A program made the translations under genes and the position numbers. Shown piece by piece: positions 14,101 through 26,800 of a DNA stretch of 64,000 bases (positions are counted from its first letter, which is position 1; every line of letters begins with the position of its first letter). The stretch comes from Eledone cirrhosa. Its lineage: Eukaryota. A model generated the notes under the pieces. That model was not told where the DNA came from. It saw only the letters and a list, made by a program, of their open reading frames with translations, and did not search any database. The DNA lies in assembly GCA_964016885.1 (NCBI GenBank), contig CAXHJY010001472.1, forward strand, positions 1,036,176 through 1,100,175, in the 5' to 3' direction.

Positions 14101-17100
14101 CTTGGACGGCTGAAAATTATCTCCCCTTGGACGGCTGGAAATTATCTCCCCTTGATTTTTTTACAAATTATCTGCCCCTGATTTTTTTTTTACAAATTAT
14201 CTCCCCCTGATTTTTTTAAAAATGATCTCCCCTTGGACGGCTGGAAATGATCTCCCCTTGGCTGGTTGGAAATTATCTCCCCTTGGACCGCTAGAAATAA
14301 TCTCTCCTTGGACGGCTGGAAATTATCTCCCCTTGATTTTTTTTACAAATCTCCCCCTAATTTAAAAAAAAATTATCTCCCCTTCGCTGGCTGGAAATTA
14401 TCTCCCTTTGGACGGCTGGAAATTATAGCCCCTTGTAGGGCTGGAAATTATCTCCCCTTGGACGGCTGGAAATTATCTCCCCTTGATTTTCTTTACAAAT
14501 TATCTCCCCCTGACTTTTTTAAAAATGATCTCCCCTTGGACGGCTGGAAATGATCTCCCCTTGGCTGGTTGGAAATTTTCTCCCCTTGGACGGCTGAAAA
14601 TTATCTCCCCTTGGACGGCTGCAAATTATCTCCCCTTGATTTTTTTTACAAATTATCTCCCCTTGATTTTTTTTTACAAATTATCTCCCCCTGATTTTTT
14701 TTACAAATTATCTTCCCTTGGACGGCTGGAAATTATCTCCCCTTGGAAGGATGGAAATTATCTCCCCTTGGACGGCTGGAAATTATCTCCCCTTGCACGG
14801 CTGGAAATTATCTCCCCTTGGACAGCTGGAAATTATCTGCCCTTGATTTTGTTTTTACAAATTATCTCCCCCTGATTTTTTTTACAAATTATCTCCGCCT
14901 GATTTTTTTAAAAATTATCTCCCCTTGGACGGCTGGAAATTATCTCCCCTTGGCTGGAAATTATCTCCCCTTGGACGGCTAGAAATTATCTCTCTTTGGA
15001 CGGCTGGAAATTATCTCCCTTTGATTTTTTTAACAAATTATCTCCCTCTGATTTTTTTTACAAATCTCCCCCTGATTTTTTAAAAAAAATTATCTCCCCT
15101 TCGCTGGCTGGAAATTATCTCCCCTTGGACACTGGAAATTATAGCCCCCTGGAGGGCTGGAAATTATCTTCCCTTGGACGGCTGGAAATTATCTCCCCTT
15201 GATTTTTTTTACAAATTATCTCCCCCTGATTTTTTTTTACAAATTATCTCCCCCTGATTTTTTTTACAAATTATCTCCCCCTGATTTTTTTTTACAAATT
15301 ATCTTCCCCTGATATTTTTTTTACAAATTATCTCCGCCTGATTTTTTTAAAAAAATTATCTCCCCTTGGACGGCTGGAAATTATCTCCCCTTGGACGGCT
15401 GGAAATTATCTCCCCTTGGACGGCTAGAAATTACCTCTCCTTGGACGGCTGAAAATTATCTCCCCTTGGACGGCTGCAAATTATCTCCCCTTGATTTTTT
15501 TTACAAATTATCTCCCCCTGATTTTTTTTTTACAAATTATCTCCCCCTGATTTTTTTTTTACAAATCTCCGCCTGATTTTTAAAAAAAATTATCTCCCCT
15601 TGGACGGCTGGAAATTATCTCCCCTTGGACGGCTGGAAATTATCTTCCCTTGGACGGCTAGAAATTACCTCTCCTTGGACGGCTGAAAATTATCTCCCCT
15701 TGGACGGCTGGAAATTATCTCCCCTTGATTTTTTTACAAATTATCTGCCCCTGATTTTTTTTTTACAAATTATCTCCCCCTGATTTTTTTAAAAATGATC
15801 TCCCCTTGGACGGCTGGAAATGATCTCCCCTTGGCTGGTTGGAAATTATCTCCCCTTGGACCGCTAGAAATAATCTCTCCTTGGACGGCTGGAAATTATC
15901 TCCCCTTGATTTTTTTTACAAATCTCCCCCTAATTTAAAAAAAAATTATCTCCCCTTCGCTGGCTGGAAATTATCTCCCTTTGGACGGCTGGAAATTATA
16001 GCCCCTTGTAGGGCTGGAAATTATCTCCCCTTGGACGGCTGGAAATTATCTCCCCTTGATTTTTTTTACAAATTATCTCCCCCTGACTTTTTTAAAAATG
16101 ATCTCCCCTTGGACGGCTGGAAATGATCTCCCCTTGGCTGGTTGGAAATTTTCTCCCCTTGGACCGCTAGAAATTATCTCTCCTTGGACGGCTGGAAATT
16201 ATCTCCCCTTGATTTTTTTACAAATTATCTCCCCCTGATTTTTTTTACAAATCTCCCAGTGATTTTTTAAAAAAATTATCTCCCCTTCGCTGGCTGGAAA
16301 TTATCTCCCCTTGGACGCTGGAAATTATAGCCCCTTGGAGGGCTGGAAATTATCTTCCCTTGGACGGCTGGAAATTATCTCCCCTTGATTTTTTTTACAA
16401 ATTATCTCCCCCTGATTTTTTTTTACAAATTATCTCCCCCTGATTTTTTTTACAAATTATCTCCCCCTGATTTTTTTAAACAAATTATCTCCCCTTGGAC
16501 GGCTGGAAATTATCTCCCCTTGGACGGCTGGAAATTATCTCCCCTTGGACGGCTAGAAATTACCTCTCCTTGGACAGCTGAAAATTATCTCCCCTTGGAC
16601 GGCTGCAAATTATCTCCCCTTGATTTTTTTTACAAATTATCTCCCCTTGATTTTTTTTTACAAATTATCTCCCCCTGATTTTTTTTACAAATTATCTCCC
16701 CCTGATTTTTTTTTACAAATTATCTCCCCCTGATTTTTTTTACAAAATATCTCCCCCTGATTTTTTTACAAATTATCTCCCCCTGATTTTTTTTACAATC
16801 TCCGCCTGATTTTTTTAAAAATTATCTTGCCTTGGCTGGCTGGAAATTATCTCCCCTTGGACGGCTGGAAATTATCTCCCCTTGGAAGGATGGAAATTAT
16901 CTCCCCTTGGACGGCTGGAAATTATCTCCCCTTGCACGGCTGGAAATTATCTCCCCTTGGACAGCTGGAAATTATCTGCCCTTGATTTTGTTTTTACAAA
17001 TTATGTTCCCCTGATTTTTTTTACAAATTATCTCCACCTGATTTTTTAAAAAATTATCTCCCCTTGGACGGCTGGAAATTATCTCCCCTTGGTTGGAAAT

Positions 17101-18600
17101 TATCTCCCCTTGGACGGCTAGAAATTATCTCTGTTTGGACGGCTGGAAATTATCTCCCTTTGATTTTTTTAACAAATTATCTCCCTCTGATTTTTTTTAC
17201 AAATCTCCCCCTGATTTTTTTAAAAAAATTATCTCCCCTTCGCTGGCTGGAAATTATCTCCCCTTGGACACTGGAAATTATAGCCCCCTGGAGGGCTGGA
17301 AATTATCTCCCCTTGGACACTGGAAATTATAGCCCCCTGGAGGGCTGGAAATTATCTTCCCTTGGACGGCTGGAAATTATCTCCCCTTGATTTTTTTTAC
17401 AAATTATCTCCCCCTGATTTTTTTTTTACAAATTATCTCCCCCTGATTTTTTTTACAAATTATCTCCCCCTGATTTTTTTACAAATTATCTCCGCCTGAT
17501 TTTTTTAAAAATTATCTTCCCTTGGCTGGCGGGAAATTATCTCCCCTTGGACGGCTGGAAATTATCTCCCCTTGGAAGGATGGAAATTATCTCCCCTTGG
17601 ACAGCTGGAAATTATCTCCCCTTGGACGGCTGAAAATTATCTCCCCTTGATTTTTTTTTTACAAATTATCTCCCCCTGATTTTTTTTTACAAATTATCTC
17701 CCCCTGATTTTTTTTTTACAAATTATCTCTCCCTGATTTTTTTTTACAAATATCTCCCCTTGGCTGGCTGGAAATTATCTCCCCTTGGAAGGTTGGAAAT
17801 TATCTCCCCTTGGACGGCTGGAAATTATCTCCCCTTGAACGGCTGGAAATTATCTCCTCTTGGACGGCTGGAAATTATCTCCCCTTGGACGGCTGGAAAT
17901 TATCTGCCCTTGATTTTTTTTTACAAATTATCTCCCCCTGATTTTTTTAAAAATGATCTCCCCTTGGACGGCTGGAAATGATCTCCCCTTGGCTGGTTGG
18001 AAATTATCTCCCCTTGGACCGCTAGAAATTATCTCTCCTTGGACGGCTGGAAATTATCTCCCCTTGATTTTTTTACAAATTATCTCGTCCTGATTTTTTT
18101 TACAAATCTCCCAGTGATTTTTAAAAAAAAATTATCTCCCCTTCGCTGGCTGGAAATTATCTCACCTTGGACGCTGGAAATTATAGCCCCTTGGAGGGCT
18201 GGAAATTATCTTCACTTGGACGGCTGGAAATTATCTCCCCTTGATTTTTTTTACAAATTATCTCCCACTGATTTTTTTTTACAAATTATCTCCCCCGGAT
18301 TTTTTTTTATAAATTATCTCCCCCTGATTTTTTTTAACAAATTATCTCCGCCTGATTTTTAAAAAAAAATTATCTCCCCTTAGACGGCTGGAAATTATCT
18401 CCCCTTGGACGGCTGGAAATTATCTCCCCTTGGACGGCTAGAAATTGGACGGCTGAAAATTATCTCCCCTTGGACGGCTGCAAATTATCTCCCCTTGATT
18501 TTTTTTACAAATTATCTCCCCCTGATTTTTTTTTACAAATTATCTCCCCCTGATTTTTTTTTACAAATTATCTCCCCCTGATTTTTTTTTACGAATTATC
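2190..18600. repeat. ~8.2-kb higher-order tandem duplication within the satellite (2 copies, junction ~10335)
   Basis: Rare variants recur at an 8.15-8.28 kb offset: ctcgtcc 9801/18084, ttatgttcccc 8771/17005. Matching pseudo-ORFs occur at 3135/11307, 6308/14483 and 9714/17997. Confidence 0.85.
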
Positions 18601-21600
18601 TACCCCTGATTTTTTTTTACAAATTATCTCCCCCTGATTTTTTTTTACAAATTATCTCCCCCTGATTTTTTTTAAAAATTATCTCCCCCTGATTTTTTTT
18701 TTACAAATTATCTCCCCCTGATTTTTTTACAAATTATCTCCCCCTGATTTTTTTTACAATCTCCGCCTGATTTTTTAAAAAATGATCTCCCCTTGGACGG
18801 CTGGAAATGATCTCCCCTTGGCTGGTTGGAAATTATCTCCCCTTGGACCGCTAGAAATTATCTCTCCTTGGACGGCTGGAAATTATCTCCCCTTGATTTT
18901 TTTACAAATTATCTCCCCCTGATTTTTTTTACAAATCTCCCAGTGATTTTTAAAAAAAAATTATCTCCCCTTCGCTGGCTGGAAATTATCTCCCCTTGGA
19001 CGCTGGAAATTATAGCCCCCTTGGAGGGCTGGAAATTATCTTCCCTTGGACGGCTGGAAATTATCTCCCCTTGATTTTTTTTACAAATTATCTCCCCCTG
19101 ATTTTTTTTTACAAATTATCTCCGCCTGATTTTTAAAAAAAAATTATCTCCCCTTGGACGGCTGGAATTATCTCCCCTTGGACGGCTGGAAATTATCTCC
19201 CCTTGGACGGCTAGAAATTACCTCTCCTTGGACGGCTGAAAATTATCTCCCCTTGGACGGCTGCAAATTATCTCCCCTTGATTTTTTTTACAAATTATCT
19301 CCCCCTGATTTTTTTTTACAAATAATCTACCCCTGATTTTTTTTACAAATTATCTCCCCCTGATTTTTTTTTACAAATTATCTCCCCCTGATTTTTTTTT
19401 ACAAATTATCTCCCCCTGATTTTTTTACAAATTATCTCCCCCTGATTTTTTTTACAATCTCCGCCTGATTTTTTAAAAAATAATCTTCCCTTGGCTGGCG
19501 GGAAATTATCTCCCCTTGGACGGCTGGAAATTATCTCCCCTTGGAAGGATAGAAATTATCTCCCCTTGGACGGCTGGAAATTATCTCCCCTTGCACGGCT
19601 GGAAATTATCTCCCCTTGGACAGCTGGAAATTATCTGCCCTTGATTTTGTTTTTACAAATTATCTCCCCCTGATTTTTTTTACAAATTATCTCCACCTGA
19701 TTTTTTAAAAAATTATCTCCCCTTGGACGGCTGGAAATTATCTCCCCTTGGCTGGAAATTATCTCCCCTTGGACGGCTAGAAATTATCTCTCTTTGGACG
19801 GCTGGAAATGATCTCCCTTTGATTTTTTTTACAAATTATCTCCCTCTGATTTTTTTTACAAATCTCCCCCTGATTTTTAAAAAAATATTATCTCCCCTTC
19901 GCTGGCTGGAAATTATCTCCCCTTGGACACTGGAAATTATAGCCCCTTGGAGGGCTGGAAATTATCTTCCCTTGGACGGCTGGAAATTATCTCCCCTTGA
20001 TTTTTTTTACAAATTATCTCCCCCTGATTTTTTTTTACAAATTATCTCCCCCTGATTTTTTTACAAATTATCTCCCCCTGATTTTTTTTACAAATTATCT
20101 CCGCCTGATTTTTTTAAATATTATCTTCCCTTGGCTGGCGGGAAATTATCTCCCCTTGGACGGTTGGAAATTATCTCCCCTTGCACTGCTGGAAATTATC
20201 TCCCCTTGGACGGCTGGAAATCATCTCCCCTTGCACGGCTGGAAATTATCATCCCCTTGGACGGCTGAAAATTATCTACCCTTGATTATTTTTTACAAAT
20301 TATCTGCCCCTGATTTTTTTTTACAAATTATCTCCCCCTGATTTTTTTTTACAAATTATCTCCGCCTGATTTTTAAAAAAAAATTATCTCCCCTTAGACG
20401 GCTGGAAATTATCTCCCCTTGGACGGCTGAAAATTATCTCCCCTTGGACGGCTGCAAATTATCTCCCCTTGATTTTTTTTACAAATTATCTCCCCCTGAT
20501 TTTTTTTTACAAATTATCTCCCCCTGATTTTTTTTTACAAATTATCTCCCCCTGATTTTTTTTTACAAATTATCTACCCCTGATTTTTTTTTACAAATTA
20601 TCTCCCCCTGATTTTTTTTTACAAATTATCTACCCCTGATTTTTTTTTACAAATTATCTCCCCCTGATTTTTTTTTTACAAATTATCTCCCCCTGATTTT
20701 TTTACAAATTATCTCCCCCTGATTTTTTTTACAATCTCCGCCTGATTTTTTTAAAAATGATCTCCCCTTGGACGGCTGGAAATGATCTCCCCTTGGCTGG
20801 TTGGAAATTATCTCCCCTTGGACCGCTAGAAATTATCTCTCCTTGGACGGCTGGAAATTATCTCCCCTTGATTTTTTTACAAATTATCTCCCCCTGATTT
20901 TTTACAAATCTCCCAGTGATTTTTTAAAAAAAATTATCTCCCCTTCGCTGGCTGGAAATTATCTCCCCTTGGACGCTGGAAATTATAGCCTCCTTGGAGG
21001 GCTGGAAATTATCTTCCCTTGGACGGCTGGAAATTATCTCCCCTTGATTTTTTTTACAAATTATCTCCCCCTGATTTTTTTTTACAAATTATCTCCGCCT
21101 GATTTTTAAAAAAAATTATCTCCCCTTGGACGGCTGCAAATTATCTTCCCTTGATTTTTTTTACAAATTATCTCCCCCTGATTTTTTTTTTACAAATTAT
21201 CTCCCCCTGATTTTTTTTTACAAATTATCTCCCCCTGATTTTGTTTTACAAATTATCTACCCCTGATTTTTTTTTACAAATTATCTCCCTCTGATTTTTT
21301 TTTACAAATTATCTCCCCCTGATTTTTTTTTACAAATTATCTCCCCCTGATTTTTTTTTTACAAATTATCTCCCCCTGATTTTTTTACAAATTATCTGCC
21401 CCTGATTTTTTTTTTACAAATTATCTCCCCCTGATTTTTTAAAAATGATCTCCCCTTGGACGGCTGGAAATGATCTCCTCTTGGCTGGTTGGAAATTATC
21501 TCCCCTTGGACCGCTAGAAATAATCTCCCCTTCGCTGGCTGGAAATTATCTCCCTTTGGACGGCTGGAAATTATAGCCCCTTGTAGGGCTGGAAATTATC

Positions 21601-24600
21601 TCCCCTTGGACGGCTGGAAATTATCTCCCCTTGATTTTTTTTACAAATTATCTCCCCCTGACTTTTTTAAAAATGATCTCCCCTTGGACGGCTGGAAATG
21701 ATCTCCCCTTGGCTGGTTGGAAATTTTCTCCCCTTGGACCGCTAGAAATTATCTCTCCTTGGACGGCTGGAAATTATCTCCCCTTGATTTTTTTACAAAT
21801 TATCTCCCCCTGATTTTTTTTACAAATCTCCCAGTGATTTTTTAAAAAAATTATCTCCCCTTCGCTGGCTGGAAATTATCTCCCCTTGGACGCTGGAAAT
21901 TATAGCCCCTTGGAGGGCTGGAAATTATCTTCCCTTGGACGGCTGGAAATTATCTCCCCTTGATTTTTTTTACAAATTATCTCCCCCTGATTTTTTTTTA
22001 CAAATTATCTCCCCCTGATTTTTTTTACAAATTATCTCCCCCTGATTTTTTTTAACAAATTATCTCCCCTTGGACGGCTGGAAATTATCTCCCCTTGGAC
22101 GGCTGGAAATTATCTCCCCTTGGACGGCTAGAAATTACCTCTCCTTGGACAGCTGAAAATTATCTCCCCTTGGACGGCTGCAAATTATCTCCCCTTGATT
22201 TTTTTTACAAATTATCTCCCCTTGATTTTTTTTTACAAATTATCTCCCCCTGATTTTTTTTACAAATTATCTCCCCCTGATTTTTTTTTACAAATTATCT
22301 CCCCCTGATTTTTTTTACAAAATATCTCCCCCTGATTTTTTTACAAATTATCTCCCCCTGATTTTTTTTACAATCTCCGCCTGATTTTTTTAAAAATTAT
22401 CTTGCCTTGGCTGGCTGGAAATTATCTCCCCTTGGACGGCTGGAAATTATCTCCCCTTGGAAGGATGGAAATTATCTCCCCTTGGACGGCTGGAAATTAT
22501 CTCCCCTTGCACGGCTGGAAATTATCTCCCCTTGGACAGCTGGAAATTATCTGCCCTTGATTTTGTTTTTACAAATTATGTTCCCCTGATTTTTTTTACA
22601 AATTATCTCCACCTGATTTTTTAAAAAATTATCTCCCCTTGGACGGCTGGAAATTATCTCCCCTTGGTTGGAAATTATCTCCCCTTGGACGGCTAGAAAT
22701 TATCTCTGTTTGGACGGCTGGAAATTATCTCCCTTTGATTTTTTTAACAAATTATCTCCCTCTGATTTTTTTTACAAATCTCCCCCTGATTTTTTAAAAA
22801 AAATTATCTCCCCTTCGCTGGCTGGAAATTATCTCCCCTTGGACACTGGAAATTATAGCCCCCTGGAGGGCTGGAAATTATCTTCCCTTGGACGGTTGGA
22901 AATTATCTCCCCTTGATTTTTTTTACAAATTATCTCCCCCTGATTTTTTTTTTACAAATTATCTCCCCCTGATTTTTTTTACAAATTATCTCCCCCTGAT
23001 TTTTTTACAAATTATCTCCGCCTGATTTTTTTAAAAATTATCTTCCCTTGGCTGGCGGGAAATTATCTCCCCTTGGACGGCTGGAAATTATCTCCCCTTG
23101 GAAGGATGGAAATTATCTCCCCTTGGACAGCTGGAAATTATCTCCCCTTGGACGGCTGAAAATTATCTCCCCTTGATTTTTTTTTTACAAATTATCTACC
23201 CCTGATTTTTTTTTACAAATTATCTCCCCCTGATTTTTTTTTTACAAATTATCTCTCCCTGATTTTTTTTTACAAATATCTCCCCTTGGCTGGCTGGAAA
23301 TTATCTCCCCTTGGACGGTTGGAAATTATCTCCCCTTGGACGGCTGGAAATTATCTCCCCTTGAACGGCTGGAAATTATCTCCTCTTGGACGGCTGGAAA
23401 TTATCTCCCCTTGGACGGCTGGAAATTATCTGCCCTTGATTTTTTTTTACAAATTATCTCCCCCTGATTTTTTTAAAAATGATCTCCCCTTGGACGGCTG
23501 GAAATGATCTCCCCTTGGCTGGTTGGAAATTATCTCCCCTTGGACCGCTAGAAATTATCTCTCCTTGGACGGCTGGAAATTATCTCCCCTTGATTTTTTT
23601 ACAAATTATCTCGTCCTGATTTTTTTTACAAATCTCCCAGTGATTTTTAAAAAAAAATTATCTCCCCTTCGCTGGCTGGAAATTATCTCACCTTGGACGC
23701 TGGAAATTATAGCCCCTTGGAGGGCTGGAAATTATCTTCACTTGGACGGCTGGAAATTATCTCCCCTTGATTTTTTTTACAAATTATCTCCCCCTGATTT
23801 TTTTTACAAATTATCTCCCCCGGATTTTTTTTTATAAATTATCTCCCCCTGATTTTTTTTAACAAATTATCTCCGCCTGATTTTTAAAAAAAAATTATCT
23901 CCCCTTAGACGGCTGGAAATTATCTCCCCTTGGACGGCTGGAAATTATCTCCCCTTGGACGGCTAGAAATTGGACGGCTGAAAATTATCTCCCCTTGGAC
24001 GGCTGCAAATTATCTCCCCTTGATTTTTTTTACAAATTATCTCCCCCTGATTTTTTTTTACAAATTATCTCCCCCTGATTTTTTTTTACAAATTATCTCC
24101 CCCTGATTTTTTTTTACAAATTATCTACCCCTGATTTTTTTTTACAAATTATCTCCCCCTGATTTTTTTTTACAAATTATCTCCCCCTGATTTTTTTTTA
24201 CAAATTATCTCCCCCTGATTTTTTTTTTACAAATTATCTCCCCCTGATTTTTTTACAAATTATCTCCCCCTGATTTTTTTTACAATCTCCGCCTGATTTT
24301 TTAAAAAATGATCTCCCCTTGGACGGCTGGAAATGATCTCCCCTTGGCTGGTTGGAAATTATCTCCCCTTGGACCGCTAGAAATTATCTCTCCTTGGACG
24401 GCTGGAAATTATCTCCCCTTGATTTTTTTACAAATTATCTCCCCCTGATTTTTTTTACAAATCTCCCAGTGATTTTTTAAAAAAAATTATCTCCCCTTCG
24501 CTGGCTGGAAATTATCTCCCCTTGGACGCTGGAAATTATAGCCCCCTTGGAGGGCTGGAAATTATCTTCCCTTGGACGGCTGGAAATTATCTCCCCTTGA

Positions 24601-26800
24601 TTTTTTTTACAAATTATCTCCCCCTGATTTTTTTTTACAAATTATCTCCGCCTGATTTTTTTAAAAAAAATTATCTCCCCTTGGACGGCTGGAATTATCT
24701 CCCCTTGGACGGCTGGAAATTATCTCCCCTTGGACGGCTAGAAATTACCTCTCCTTGGACGGCTGAAAATTATCTCCCCTTGGACGGCTGCAAATTATCT
24801 CCCCTTGATTTTTTTTACAAATTATCTCCCCCTGATTTTTTTTTACAAATTATCTACCCCTGATTTTTTTTACAAATTATCTCCCCCTGATTTTTTTTTA
24901 CAAATTATCTCCCCCTGATTTTTTTTTACAAATTATCTCCCCCTGATTTTTTTACAAATTATCTCCCCCTGATTTTTTTTACAATCTCCGCCTGATTTTT
25001 TAAAAAATAATCTTCCCTTGGCTGGCGGGAAATTATCTCCCCTTGGACGGCTGGAAATTATCTCCCCTTGGAAGGATAGAAATTATCTCCCCTTGGACGG
25101 CTGGAAATTATCTCCCCTTGCACGGCTGGAAATTATCTCCCCTTGGACGGCTAGAAATTATCTCTCTTTGGACGGCTGGAAATGATCTCCCTTTGATTTT
25201 TTTTACAAATTATCTCCCTCTGATTTTTTTTACAAATCTCCCCCTGATTTTTAAAAAAAAATTATCTCCCCTTCGCTGGCTGGAAATTATCTCCCCTTGG
25301 ACACTGGAAATTATAGCCCCTTGGAGGGCTGGAAATTATCTTCCCTTGGACGGCTGGAAATTATCTCCCCTTGATTTTTTTTACAAATTATCTCCCCCTG
25401 ATTTTTTTTTTACAAATTATCTCCCCCTGATTTTTTTACAAATTATCTCCCCCTGATTTTTTTTACAAATTATCTCCGCCTGATTTTTTTAAATATTATC
25501 TTCCCTTGGCTGGCGGGAAATTATCTCCCCTTGGACGGTTGGAAATTATCTCCCCTTGCACTGCTGGAAATTATCTCCCCTTGGACGGCTGGAAATTATC
25601 TCCCCTTGCACGGCTGGAAATTATCATCCCCTTGGACGGCTGAAAATTATCTACCCTTGATTTTTTTTTACAAATTATCTGCCCCTGATTTTTTTTTACA
25701 AATTATCTCCCCCTGATTTTTTTTTACAAATTATCTCCGCCTGATTTTTAAAAAAAAATTATCTCCCCTTAGACGGCTGGAAATTATCTCCCCTTGGACG
25801 GCTGAAAATTATCTCCCCTTGGACGGCTGCAAATTATCTCCCCTTGATTTTTTTTACAAATTATCTCCCCCTGATTTTTTTTTACAAATTATCTCCCCCT
25901 GATTTTTTTTTACAAATTATCTCCCCCTGATTTTTTTTTACAAATTATCTACCCCTGATTTTTTTTTACAAATTATCTCCCCCTGATTTTTTTTTACAAA
26001 TTATCTACCCCTGATTTTTTTTTACAAATTATCTCCCCCTGATTTTTTTTTTACAAATTATCTCCCCCTGATTTTTTTACAAATTATCTCCCCATGATTT
26101 TTTTTACAAACTCCGCCTGATTTTTTTAAAAATGATCTCCCCTTGGACGGCTGGAAATGATCTCCCATTGGCTGGTTGGAAATTATCTCCCCTTGGACCG
26201 CTAGAAATTATCTCTCCTTGGACGGCTGGAAATTATCTCCCCTTGATTTTTTTACAAATTATCTCCCCCTGATTTTTTTTACAAATCTCCCAGTGATTTT
26301 TAAAAAAAAATTATCTCCCCTTCGCTGGCTGGAAATTATCTCCCCTTGGACGCTGGAAATTATAGCCCCCTTGGAGGGCTGGAAATTATCTTCCCTTGGA
26401 CGGCTGGAAATTATCTCCCCTTGATTTTTTTTACAAATTATCTCCCCCTGATTTTTTTTTACAAATTATCTCCGCCTGATTTTTTAAAAAAAATTATCTC
26501 CCCTTGGACGGCTGCAAATTATCTCCCCTTGATTTTTTTTACAAATTATCTCCCCCTGATTTTTTTTTACAAATTATCTCCCCCTGATTTTTTTTTACAA
26601 ATTATCTCCCCCTGATTTTGTTTTACAAATTATCTACCCCTGATTTTTTTTTACAAATTATCTCCCTCTGATTTTTTTTTTACAAATTATCTCCCCCTGA
26701 TTTTTTTTTACAAATTATCTCCCCCTGATTTTTTTTTTACAAATTATCTCCCCCTGATTTTTTTACAAATTATCTCCCCCTGATTTTTTTTACAATCTCC
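15740..26800. repeat. ~5.5-kb higher-order tandem duplication within the satellite (junction ~21400-21520)
   Basis: Variants recur at a 5.5-5.6 kb offset: ctcgtcc 18084/23610, ttatgttcccc 17005/22580. Pseudo-ORFs match at 16056/21631 and 17760/23286. Confidence 0.75.
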
